Assembly (NCBI GenBank): GCA_964507055.1
Contig: CAZDOJ010000001.1
Coordinates: 77,210 to 141,209, forward strand
From: an uncultured Gammaproteobacteria bacterium
Lineage (GTDB): Bacteria > Patescibacteriota > Microgenomatia > Levybacterales > UBA12049
DNA: 64,000 nt
Reading direction: 5' to 3'
Position numbers and translations under genes: made by a program. The notes under the pieces were generated by a model. That model saw only the letters and a list, made by a program, of their open reading frames with translations, did not search any database and was not told the origin of the DNA. Of this stretch, positions 9,860 to 18,540 are shown piece after piece (position 1 is the stretch's first letter; every line of letters begins with the position of its first letter).

Positions 9860-10525
9860 ATGACAGAACGATCTCAATATATTGGTGGAAGAAGTGGAGG
9901 TATTACTACCTCTATTTTTACAGCTGAATCACGTAGCAAAGGTCAATATACAATTCAAGGGAAGTCTGGAAGATCATTGGATGTTTTTGTTACCAATTCT
10001 GTCGTCCATATCTCATCTGCTGAAGATAGGAAAGTCCTTTTTGCTGCTCATGCAATTAACAATACCTATAATCTCAATATCCGTAATATTGAAGCAAATG
10101 GGCAAAGGCATCCTGATTTGTACCCTGGTCAGTTAGCAAAATATAGCTATGAATTTTTAACAGAGAACGGTATTCCCATGGATGTTATGAATGGGAAATG
10201 GGTTCCGTCGTATGACGGAAAACCTAGTGTGAACTACGAAGCCTATGCTTCAAATCTCTCGGGTACGATAAATCCTACGGTTGAAGACAAAGCAAAAGCA
10301 GCCCAAAATACCTGGACCGGAAGATTAGCAGCATCACTCGGTTATACCGATATTCATCAAATCCTTGAAGGTGAAGGTCAAAGTGGAGAAATGGTTATTG
10401 TCCAATTTATCAAACCTGCACCACTTACTTTGGATGTTGAACTTCCGACATTATTAGAAGCAAATAAAGAGATCGACTGGTCAGGTAAATCCGATATAGT
10501 GGCCTCTTATACAAGATCTCTCTAA
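9860..10525 (+). CDS. hypothetical ~220-aa protein, tag family member; paralog A of a 3-member subfamily
   Basis: MTERSQYIGGRSGGITTSIF...NGQRHPDLYPGQL...KAKAAQNTWTGRLAASLGYT. C-terminal ...IDWSGKSDIVASYTRSL is a degenerate tag. Confidence 0.6.
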   Translation: MTERSQYIGGRSGGITTSIFTAESRSKGQYTIQGKSGRSLDVFVTNSVVHISSAEDRKVLFAAHAINNTYNLNIRNIEANGQRHPDLYPGQLAKYSYEFLTENGIPMDVMNGKWVPSYDGKPSVNYEAYASNLSGTINPTVEDKAKAAQNTWTGRLAASLGYTDIHQILEGEGQSGEMVIVQFIKPAPLTLDVELPTLLEANKEIDWSGKSDIVASYTRSL

Positions 10526-10532
10526 TACGACT

Positions 10533-11204
10533 ATGAAAGAATATCAACACATAGGAGGAAAGCACGGCGGTATAGATACTTCAATCTTTGATCTCCGTTT
10601 GCGTGATAGAGAATACACCGCACGAGCAAGTTCTGGGAGTCGGGTTACTTGTAAAGTAACTGAGAATCAAGTCTGTATCGAATCTGTTGAGGATAAGAAG
10701 ATAGCTTTTGTCGCTACAAATATAGACGGTAATCTTATTTTATATGTGCGTAACACAGATGATCAAGGAAATCGTCACCCTGATATTTACCCAGTACAAT
10801 TGATAGAACATAGTTTTGAATACTTTAATTCACAGGGTAAACCTGTGCAATCAATACAAGGTAGTTGGCTTCCACCAGTTCATGGAGAAAGTAGTGTCAA
10901 TCACACAGAATACACGACACGGTTGGAAGGTCTTACTGATGTGACAGCTGAAGATAGGGCAAAGGCTGCCCAAAATACATGGACAGGAAAAGTTGCAGCA
11001 GCACTTGGGTTTACTGAAGCTAGTGTTATAGAAAGTGAAGGCCTAAATGATACTATTGGTTATGTTGAAGTACAGTTTAGAAAGCCTGAAGAAAAAGTTG
11101 TTGAACATGAAATATCTTCTGAAGATGTCTCTCTGGCTGCTTTAGATGCCACTATTGATTGGGAGGGTGAAGATGCATTACAAGCTCGGTCTAAAGTCTT
11201 ATAA
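10533..11204 (+). CDS. hypothetical ~220-aa protein, tag family member; paralog B
   Basis: MKEYQHIGGKHGGIDTSIF...QGNRHPDIYPVQL...RAKAAQNTWTGKVAAALGFT. C-terminal ...IDWEGEDALQARSKVL is a degenerate tag. Confidence 0.6.
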   Translation: MKEYQHIGGKHGGIDTSIFDLRLRDREYTARASSGSRVTCKVTENQVCIESVEDKKIAFVATNIDGNLILYVRNTDDQGNRHPDIYPVQLIEHSFEYFNSQGKPVQSIQGSWLPPVHGESSVNHTEYTTRLEGLTDVTAEDRAKAAQNTWTGKVAAALGFTEASVIESEGLNDTIGYVEVQFRKPEEKVVEHEISSEDVSLAALDATIDWEGEDALQARSKVL

Positions 11205-11222
11205 CTTATACTAACCCATAGT

Positions 11223-11251
11223 TTGACACATGAGATTTACTGCTGTATAAT
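11223..11251 (+). promoter_or_regulatory. sigma-70 consensus promoter TTGACA-17-TATAAT
   Basis: Exact consensus hexamers with a 17-nt spacer. The ATG at 11261 is 10 nt downstream. Confidence 0.6.
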
Positions 11252-11260
11252 TCCTTTTTT

Positions 11261-12514
11261 ATGACTGAACGAAGACCATATACTGGATTCCAAATGAGGC
11301 CAGACATGATGCACGTATCACAAGATATGGGTGCAGAATATTTCATGCGTGCGGTTGCTACTCCTATGCTTTCAGCTATGCTTCGGGGTCAGGAACAACA
11401 GTTTGGTCCGCAACGAAGTGCAGAAGCTACTCTTGCTGCAGTTAATCTTTCAAAATACGTTCAAAATGAAGGTATCAAAAATGTAGTTCTCTTGGACAGA
11501 AGTGCTCGAACAGCGGCTACTGCTTTGCGTGCGGCATGGGATGATGAGCATCCAGGTGAAAAAAAGCCTTTTAACACATTCTTTATAAATCCTCGTGGAT
11601 TTGCGACAGAAGAAGACCTTTCCGCGGTTGATCCAGAATTTAGAATAGATAGAAGAGAAAGAGAATACCTTGTTGCCATGAATAATCGAGATTTTGTGCA
11701 ACGCCATCCTTCTGGAAGAACAAGTGAACAAATACAAACTGATTTAGCAGAGACGTTCCCATTGCTGGTAGCTGCAAAAGATGAACCTACGTTAATTTTT
11801 GACGTTTGCATACATCAAGGAACATCTGCCAAACCTGTACTTCGTGAATTTAAAGATAGTGGATTTAGTGATTTGCGATTCGGAGTAGCTGGAGATTATG
11901 CAAATCATTCAGGAATTGTACCTGATTTTATTGGTTTACCAGGATTTAGAGAGGATACTTGTATTGTTTTCGGATCGGATTATTCAATGGTAAAACCTTT
12001 TGGAGCAATGACAAGTGACCGAACCGAAAATCCTGATGACCTCAGAGATGGAGCGAGACTTCGAAATAAATTACGAGAGGTAATCAAAGAGACACGTCCT
12101 ATACTTGAAGATTTGGATCGAAGAGAAAAAGTAGTAGCCAAACCATCACCAAAGACAGGAATGGCTTTAGAATTTTTAGCAGATACTACAGGAAGAAATG
12201 GATCAATGGAAGTAAGTGGTGTTTATCGAGAGTTATTGGATTTGGGATTTACTCATATTAGCGATGCGTCTCAAGCTATTAAAGATGGATCTCTATCACA
12301 AGATGTGCTGGGTCGATTAGCAAATACAGTTGATTCTCAAACAGGCGTTGTTCTCTTTCCAGCTTTACGTGATGCTGCAGTCATTGCTATTGAAGAATCA
12401 CAACAGGAAATCGTTACTGATCTATCTTTAGAGCCTTCATTGGCCGAGTCAAATGCTGCAATCGATTGGGACAGTTCCGACGATCCTGATGCCGGTCCAA
12501 GAAGGTCTCTTTAA
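11261..12514 (+). CDS. hypothetical 417-aa protein, tag family member (ends ...IDWDSSDDPDAGPRRSL)
   Basis: Perfect consensus promoter TTGACA(11223-11228)-17-TATAAT(11246-11251) with the ATG 10 nt downstream. N-terminus MTERRPY. Confidence 0.6.
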   Translation: MTERRPYTGFQMRPDMMHVSQDMGAEYFMRAVATPMLSAMLRGQEQQFGPQRSAEATLAAVNLSKYVQNEGIKNVVLLDRSARTAATALRAAWDDEHPGEKKPFNTFFINPRGFATEEDLSAVDPEFRIDRREREYLVAMNNRDFVQRHPSGRTSEQIQTDLAETFPLLVAAKDEPTLIFDVCIHQGTSAKPVLREFKDSGFSDLRFGVAGDYANHSGIVPDFIGLPGFREDTCIVFGSDYSMVKPFGAMTSDRTENPDDLRDGARLRNKLREVIKETRPILEDLDRREKVVAKPSPKTGMALEFLADTTGRNGSMEVSGVYRELLDLGFTHISDASQAIKDGSLSQDVLGRLANTVDSQTGVVLFPALRDAAVIAIEESQQEIVTDLSLEPSLAESNAAIDWDSSDDPDAGPRRSL

Positions 12515-12516
12515 CT

Positions 12517-13245
12517 ATGAAAGAAAGGACTCAATTTATAGGCGGTAAGTCTGGAGGTATTGACGCCGCTGTCTTCAAATCAAGTAAAAACCCTGAATTT
12601 ACTCCGACATGGGGAAAATCTGGTGATTTATTTAACTATCGAACTACACCTGAGAGCATTCACCTATTACATGATGGTGATAATGAAACAGGTTTCTCCG
12701 CTGAGGTTAAAAATGGTGTCCTCAATTTTTGGGTAGATACGAGAGATGAAATGGGAAATCGTCATCCCGATTTATATGCAAAAAAACTCTTTCTGCGTAG
12801 TATACAGTATTTTAAGGATCAGGGAACTGAAGTCCGTACTATTGAAGGTGTTTGGCTAAATTCTGCAATGGGGCTAAGGCGAGATAATCATGATCAGTAC
12901 TATAGATTTCTTAATGGTTTAGAAAAGCCAACAGAGCAAATAACTGACGAAGACAGAAAAAAAGCTGCATTGTCTACTTGGACAGGACACATTGCGACAG
13001 AGTTGGGTTATTCAGAGGTCGCAAGTGTTGTCGAAGAAGTAGAATTTATGAGAGAAGATACCTATGTTGATATTAAAGCACGGTTTGTAAAACCTCAAGA
13101 GAAAAAGCAACAAATTGATTTAGAAGAGGGCATCGCAAGTGATCTGCTGCCTCAATTAGATGACCAATCAATAGGCGACAATAATACAATAATTGATTGG
13201 TCAGGGCAAAATGATTCCGATATCGATCCTCGCAAGACGCTATAG
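12517..13245 (+). CDS. hypothetical 242-aa protein, tag family member; paralog C
   Basis: MKERTQFIGGKSGGIDAAVF...MGNRHPDLYAKKL...RKKAALSTWTGHIATELGYS. Ends ...IDWSGQNDSDIDPRKTL. Confidence 0.6.
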   Translation: MKERTQFIGGKSGGIDAAVFKSSKNPEFTPTWGKSGDLFNYRTTPESIHLLHDGDNETGFSAEVKNGVLNFWVDTRDEMGNRHPDLYAKKLFLRSIQYFKDQGTEVRTIEGVWLNSAMGLRRDNHDQYYRFLNGLEKPTEQITDEDRKKAALSTWTGHIATELGYSEVASVVEEVEFMREDTYVDIKARFVKPQEKKQQIDLEEGIASDLLPQLDDQSIGDNNTIIDWSGQNDSDIDPRKTL

Positions 13246-13286
13246 CTTCGCTTGATTTATCTTATAGTATTTAGTATAATTTCTGA

Positions 13287-14084
13287 ATGGTCGAAAAGGG
13301 AGTAAGAGAAAAAATAAAATTGACGCCAGAACAACGAGAACTCAGAGATATTGCACGGTTTTCTACAATGTTTTCGCAGGGAAGACTCGATTTGCAAAAG
13401 AAATATTTTTATTGGCTTGGGGGAAATGGGTATTTAGATACACTACAATTACCTCAACGGCCACCGGCTTTTATTCAGGAGATGCCTATTCCAGTAAAAC
13501 ATTTTCCAATTCCAGAATCTCAACGTAAAGAATTTAATGAGGTTATGTATCATCATCTCCATAAAATAAAAACACAAACTCCTAATGAAGTCCCTGCAGC
13601 AGAACGGTATACAGACTTGCTTGGTGATATCGCAAAAGATTTAATTTTAAAAGATGATGACTATCAAATAAAGAAAAGGCATGCACGAACTGAAGATCAT
13701 ATGTCTGAGCCGGATGATGCAAATGATCCTCATGCAAGCTTTGTCCGCAAATATATCCTTCTTGGGAAGAAGACTGGAAGTGAGGCGTTTGACCAGCTTT
13801 TTAAAGAAGTTCGTGAAGAAATAATGCCTGATATCGTGGCGGTCCATCAAAAAGTGGACAAATTAACAATTCGGCAAAGCCAGTTATCCAGAATGATCCG
13901 TGGTTGGGAAGATACTCATCCAGGAGAAATATTTGTTCATCCAAATATATTATCACCTGAAGTTGTCGAGCATGAAGTATTTGTCGCAACTTCAGATGAT
14001 GAGCAATTATTAGCATTTGTAGATACATCAATAGATTGGAGTGGTAGCAATGATCTTGATGATGGTCCTCGAAGATCCTTATAA
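13287..14084 (+). CDS. hypothetical 265-aa protein, tag family member (ends ...IDWSGSNDLDDGPRRSL)
   Basis: Promoter TTGATT(13252-13257)-17-TATAAT(13275-13280) with the ATG 7 nt downstream, so leaderless. Confidence 0.6.
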   Translation: MVEKGVREKIKLTPEQRELRDIARFSTMFSQGRLDLQKKYFYWLGGNGYLDTLQLPQRPPAFIQEMPIPVKHFPIPESQRKEFNEVMYHHLHKIKTQTPNEVPAAERYTDLLGDIAKDLILKDDDYQIKKRHARTEDHMSEPDDANDPHASFVRKYILLGKKTGSEAFDQLFKEVREEIMPDIVAVHQKVDKLTIRQSQLSRMIRGWEDTHPGEIFVHPNILSPEVVEHEVFVATSDDEQLLAFVDTSIDWSGSNDLDDGPRRSL

Positions 14085-14145
14085 TGCCTGCTTGAAGCTC
14101 AGCTTATAGTGATATATAATGGCACACACATAATAGATAGTAACG

Positions 14146-15834
14146 ATGACTGAAAGAGCAAAACCAGCAGGTACATCTCATGATAACGCCCGAAGATTTT
14201 TTAGAGAGATGGGCGAGCTTGCAAGAACTGAACCAGATCGTGCACAGCGAAGAGCATTTTTTCGCGACCTAAAACAAGAACCTGAATATCAGCAGGCTCA
14301 AAATATACTTACCTCATCCGTACCCACGGTAGTAGAAAACTTCCCTCAAGTTGAGAAAACTATTCAGGAAGTTGAACCGAATGAGCCACTTTCTGACGCA
14401 GTGATGGGTGGGCTTTTAGCAGCTGTTGGAAATCATGAAGGGAAAGCTTTACTATTAGCTTCAATGCAGCCTGGAATTGGATATAGTTCTACGGATATGC
14501 AAAAAATGACATATGTTGGAGGGAAGAGGTTTTGGAAAGGAAAAACAAATGCTTTTTCTTGGTCTGTAAAGTCTTTTGCACCTATCGGATTGGTCACACG
14601 AGAAATAGTTGATCCTGAGAGAGGACTTGTAGGATATGAATTAACTGAAAGAGGTAATACATTGGGTGTAAGTCTTGCTGGACATGTCCTTGCTTTTTCT
14701 GAAAGACATCCAGAAACTTCCTTAGAAAGAATGCTTAGTGTGACAACATCTTCCAAAAGTCTCGATGCTCATTCTGAGGGTAATCTAGAAGAAGATAATA
14801 AAAGGCGTGCACCGCTTGCTCGCTATAGAATTTTTTCTGAGCTATTGGCAGGTGACTTGCCAGCAAGAAAGGAAGATCTTTTGCAAGGTATAGCTCAAGC
14901 TTATCCTGGAGAGCCAAAAGATAGCATGATGAATCGTTTGACACATCATTTAGATAATCTTTCACGGCATGGAATTATCTCTTACGAAACCACAACCCCA
15001 GATACTCCATTCGCGTTATTTATCCCAGCAAAGAATCGTCCAGAAGAACCTCCACAACCTGATCAGCATAATAAAACACTTATGCAGAGAATAGATGGCA
15101 TTATGCAGCAAAGCGAAACACAAGTATCGCCCAAGGATATATTTAATGCATTAGTCGAACAATATCCAAATTATGCTGAACGTAGTGTTGCTGGTTTGAT
15201 GAATGAAATATCCAGGACTGTACAGCAGTTAGTTCGAAGTGGTCATGTAACACAGATCGGGGAATTTAGTAAAGGAAATCAATCGAGGATAACTTTGACT
15301 GATGATCAAAGAGCTTTGATAAAAGACTTTGTGACAGTTCTCACTGCTTTTCAATCACAAGATCCAGAAATTCTTGCTGCAGGGCACAGAGAAGCTCGAT
15401 CTATTGTCTCTAATCAGGATCGCTTTGGTGCATTAATGATCAAATCAAAAGAGGCTTCCGGTCGTTCAGGTGATAGAAGTAGTCAGCAAACACAAGATGA
15501 GATCGTTGATTACTGCCGTGCACATCCAGAGTGTACAAATAGAGACCTACAAGCTCATTTTCAAGAAGGAGGACGAGTATATACGATAGGCACTATCCGC
15601 GACTTTACTCAATTATTGCGATCAAAAGGTGTACTTAGTTCAGAAGTACGGGGAAAAATATCATATTTTACTGCGAGCGAGGCTCCATTAGACGAAGAGA
15701 CACCTGACGAGAGACCAGTTTCAATAACTATATTTGAAAGTAGAGTCCCCAATGATGAACCTTCACTTGAAGAAATGAATGAAGGTGTAGATTGGGATGG
15801 TACGGATGGTCCTCAGATGGGTAGAACACTCTAA
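14146..15834 (+). CDS. hypothetical 562-aa protein, tag family member (ends ...VDWDGTDGPQMGRTL)
   Basis: Promoter TTGAAG(14092-14097)-17-TATAAT(14115-14120). N-terminus MTERAKP. Last gene of the contiguous array. Confidence 0.6.
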   Translation: MTERAKPAGTSHDNARRFFREMGELARTEPDRAQRRAFFRDLKQEPEYQQAQNILTSSVPTVVENFPQVEKTIQEVEPNEPLSDAVMGGLLAAVGNHEGKALLLASMQPGIGYSSTDMQKMTYVGGKRFWKGKTNAFSWSVKSFAPIGLVTREIVDPERGLVGYELTERGNTLGVSLAGHVLAFSERHPETSLERMLSVTTSSKSLDAHSEGNLEEDNKRRAPLARYRIFSELLAGDLPARKEDLLQGIAQAYPGEPKDSMMNRLTHHLDNLSRHGIISYETTTPDTPFALFIPAKNRPEEPPQPDQHNKTLMQRIDGIMQQSETQVSPKDIFNALVEQYPNYAERSVAGLMNEISRTVQQLVRSGHVTQIGEFSKGNQSRITLTDDQRALIKDFVTVLTAFQSQDPEILAAGHREARSIVSNQDRFGALMIKSKEASGRSGDRSSQQTQDEIVDYCRAHPECTNRDLQAHFQEGGRVYTIGTIRDFTQLLRSKGVLSSEVRGKISYFTASEAPLDEETPDERPVSITIFESRVPNDEPSLEEMNEGVDWDGTDGPQMGRTL

Positions 15835-15879
15835 TCATCCTTTTGACTTTCCCACGCCTCAACAGCTATACTTAACCCA

Positions 15880-16788
15880 ATGAAAATCATCGTTACACAC
15901 ACATCTCCAGATTGGGATGCCATTACTTCTGTTTGGCTTCTTAAGAAATATCTCTCAGGATGGAATGATGCAGAGGTCCGGTTTGTTCCTGCAGGAAATA
16001 GATTGCAAGGACAGCCAGATCCAGCAACCACGAAACACAAAGGTGAAGATCCGATTGAAAGAATAGGGGATGATGAGATTATTCATGTGGATACTGGACT
16101 ACTTCCTTTGGATCATCATCAAGTACAGGATACAGCTGTTTCGGCAGCATCACTTGTGTGGGATTATGTTCGTGAGCAGATCGCTCATGCTGGGCATTTG
16201 ACTTCAGAACATAATGAAGCTGTCTCAAGAATTGTAAAGATAGTAGTCGATACTGATCACTTTAAAGAAGTATTTTGGCCTGATGCAGCAGCAGATCGGT
16301 ACGAATTCTCATTCCTGGGTTTACTTGATGGTATGAAGCTCGTCAAACCAAACCAGGATATGGAATACTTGGAATTTGGGATTACTTGTCTTAATGCGAT
16401 GACTGCACAGTTTGAAAATCGTATCTGGGCTGAACGTGAGATCAGTCAAAAAGGTATCCAATTCGAAACTCGGTTTGGAAAAGGAATTGGCTTTGAAACG
16501 ATTAATGATACGGTTTTAAAGTTAGCTCAGAAAATGGGATATAAAGTCGTTATCCGTAAAGATCCTCGAAAAGGTTATGTGCGTATCAAGACTCTTCCAT
16601 CGACCGAAACAGAGAAAGGTGCAAATCTGACATTAGCCTATGAACAATTGCGTAAGATTGATCCTGATGCAACATGGTTTCTCCATATTTCTAAGAAAAT
16701 GCTTTTGAATGGCTCACCGAAGAATCCGAAGATGCGTCCGACGAAATTAAGTTTAAAAGAGATCATTAAAGTTGTCGAGCGAGTTTAA
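15880..16788 (+). CDS. DHH-family phosphoesterase
   Basis: DHH motifs HTSPDWDAITS and HVDTG...LDHHQ. Promoter TTGACT(15844-15849)-17-TATACT(15867-15872). Confidence 0.6.
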   Translation: MKIIVTHTSPDWDAITSVWLLKKYLSGWNDAEVRFVPAGNRLQGQPDPATTKHKGEDPIERIGDDEIIHVDTGLLPLDHHQVQDTAVSAASLVWDYVREQIAHAGHLTSEHNEAVSRIVKIVVDTDHFKEVFWPDAAADRYEFSFLGLLDGMKLVKPNQDMEYLEFGITCLNAMTAQFENRIWAEREISQKGIQFETRFGKGIGFETINDTVLKLAQKMGYKVVIRKDPRKGYVRIKTLPSTETEKGANLTLAYEQLRKIDPDATWFLHISKKMLLNGSPKNPKMRPTKLSLKEIIKVVERV

Positions 16789-16791
16789 AAT

Positions 16792-17196
16792 ATGAATGAT
16801 TGTTTGTTCTGTAAAATAGTTGCAGGTGAGATCCCATCATTGAAAGTCTACGAAGATGATGCGACATTATCCTTCATGGAACTTACTCCATCAGCTCCCG
16901 GTCATGTCATGGTAATTTTGAAAAAGCATGGCAATAACGTCCTTGAATACGACCAATCTGATCTTGGCCAGGCAATGGCTTCTGTTCAAAGGATTGCAAA
17001 GAAGATTGAGGCGAGTTTGCACACAGACTCGATTACGATCGGTATCAATCACAAAGAGCGACGTGGAGTTCCACATATGCATATTCATCTCATTCCACGA
17101 TGGGAAAATGATAAAGGGCATGTGATTCAAGGAGTTGTAAATAACCCTTCACAAGAGAGTAGAGAAGTCATCGCCGAGAAAATCCGTAACGCTTAG
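16792..17196 (+). CDS. HIT-family (histidine triad) nucleotide hydrolase
   Basis: N-terminal CLFCKI and the C-terminal histidine triad HMHIHLIP. Confidence 0.75.
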   Translation: MNDCLFCKIVAGEIPSLKVYEDDATLSFMELTPSAPGHVMVILKKHGNNVLEYDQSDLGQAMASVQRIAKKIEASLHTDSITIGINHKERRGVPHMHIHLIPRWENDKGHVIQGVVNNPSQESREVIAEKIRNA

Positions 17197-18260
17197 GACG
17201 CTTGAAATATTGTTTGTTCCACGACTGGTCTTTCTAGCGCTTTTTGTTCCGCAAGATGGAAAAAACGCATAGCTGTACCAATGTCTTGATCAGGTTCTTC
17301 AAAAAGGCTGCTGTGCCTTCCTTCTATGAAAGCGACTTCATCGAATTGTCTATAAGCAGGACTTTGCGGATACAGGTGTTCCTGTACTTTATCGATTGGA
17401 ACCAATGGATCGTCTTTGCCAAAAATAGCGAACGTACTGATGCCCATCTCATTAATTGCTGGGATCATGGATGCAAGTGGAAAACGTGCTGCTCCACCGC
17501 TTTCATGCCACGTTTGAAACGGTTTTTGTACAGTATGTCTCAACGAATATAAATTCTCCGCTAATGTCCTATTTGCAAAAGACATTTTCACGTACTCCAT
17601 ACGTGATATATCTCCAATCATGCCTGCTGCAGCATATCCTGTGTAGGAGAGACATTGGTCTTTCATTACTCCTGCCACGTATGCTCCTACGGCTCCGCCC
17701 ATGGAATGTCCGAATACATGTATGCCTTTGATATCATCCGTTTCCATAACATCTTTTATTGCTTGGATATTTGCAAGTGCTTTTTGTGTAATTACAGTGG
17801 GACTTACCTTATGGACAAGTAAATCTTTTTTCCGACCAATACTATAAAGGCTCAAAACAGGCCAGCCATTATCTACTAAGTCTCGCATAAATTCTTTTGC
17901 TTGGTCAGGTTCTTCATGAACCCCAGGTATAACTGCTACGAGGGGTTTCTTTGTAGGAGATTCAGGTTTGGCAAAGGCGTACGTTAGTCCTTCCGGGAAC
18001 TCAATAGTAACTAATCTACGAGGAGTATCGAATTGGAGATCAAAGTGTGTTGGCTCCGTGATTTCAGCAGAAGTACTGCGAGAAGTGAGTTTTCCGAATC
18101 GTTCTTTTGTTCGACCGACGAATCCTGCAGTTTGACTCCTTACTCCCTGCACAATTTCTTTTGAAGTAATTTGCCTTGGAGTTGCAAATGCCTCGGCACT
18201 CATGCATATAGTATAAAAGAAGAGCTTGAAGTCTGCAAGACAAAAATCGGACAAATGCAA
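17193..18260 (-). CDS. alpha/beta hydrolase
   Basis: GHSMGG nucleophile elbow (HVFGHSMGGAVGAYV). The true start may be downstream of the listed ATG. Confidence 0.55.
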   Translation of the reverse strand: MHLSDFCLADFKLFFYTICMSAEAFATPRQITSKEIVQGVRSQTAGFVGRTKERFGKLTSRSTSAEITEPTHFDLQFDTPRRLVTIEFPEGLTYAFAKPESPTKKPLVAVIPGVHEEPDQAKEFMRDLVDNGWPVLSLYSIGRKKDLLVHKVSPTVITQKALANIQAIKDVMETDDIKGIHVFGHSMGGAVGAYVAGVMKDQCLSYTGYAAAGMIGDISRMEYVKMSFANRTLAENLYSLRHTVQKPFQTWHESGGAARFPLASMIPAINEMGISTFAIFGKDDPLVPIDKVQEHLYPQSPAYRQFDEVAFIEGRHSSLFEEPDQDIGTAMRFFHLAEQKALERPVVEQTIFQAS

Positions 18261-18351
18261 TGCAGTTTTTGCTGTAGAGATTTACATATCGTTCATTTTA
18301 GAGTACAATATATAACTAGATATTTCTTTTGAAGGGGGTGTTTTTTCCTAT

Positions 18352-18540
18352 ATGGTTTACGTTAAAAAATTACCAGGACAATCAGATGATCAAATCATCC
18401 GAAACTTTTCTAAAAAAGTTATGGATGCAGGTATCGTGCAAGAGGCTAAAAGGCGCAAGTTCTACCTCAAACCTTCACTTGCAAAAAAGCTGAAGAAAAA
18501 GCTTAAGCAAGAAGAAGCTGCTCGTATCAAGCTAACATAA
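18352..18540 (+). CDS. rpsU: 30S ribosomal protein S21
   Basis: 62-aa basic protein; FSKKVMDAGIVQEAKRRKFYLKPS matches the S21 family. SD GGGGGTG upstream. Promoter TTTACA(18281-18286)-17-TACAAT(18304-18309). Confidence 0.8.
   Translation: MVYVKKLPGQSDDQIIRNFSKKVMDAGIVQEAKRRKFYLKPSLAKKLKKKLKQEEAARIKLT

Noticed and set aside
1-15834. Prophage or contractile-injection-system interpretation of the co-directional tagged array
   Set aside because: No integrase, terminase, portal, capsid, sheath or baseplate signatures were seen. No att-like direct repeats were seen either. The unifying feature is a C-terminal peptide rather than structural-module synteny.
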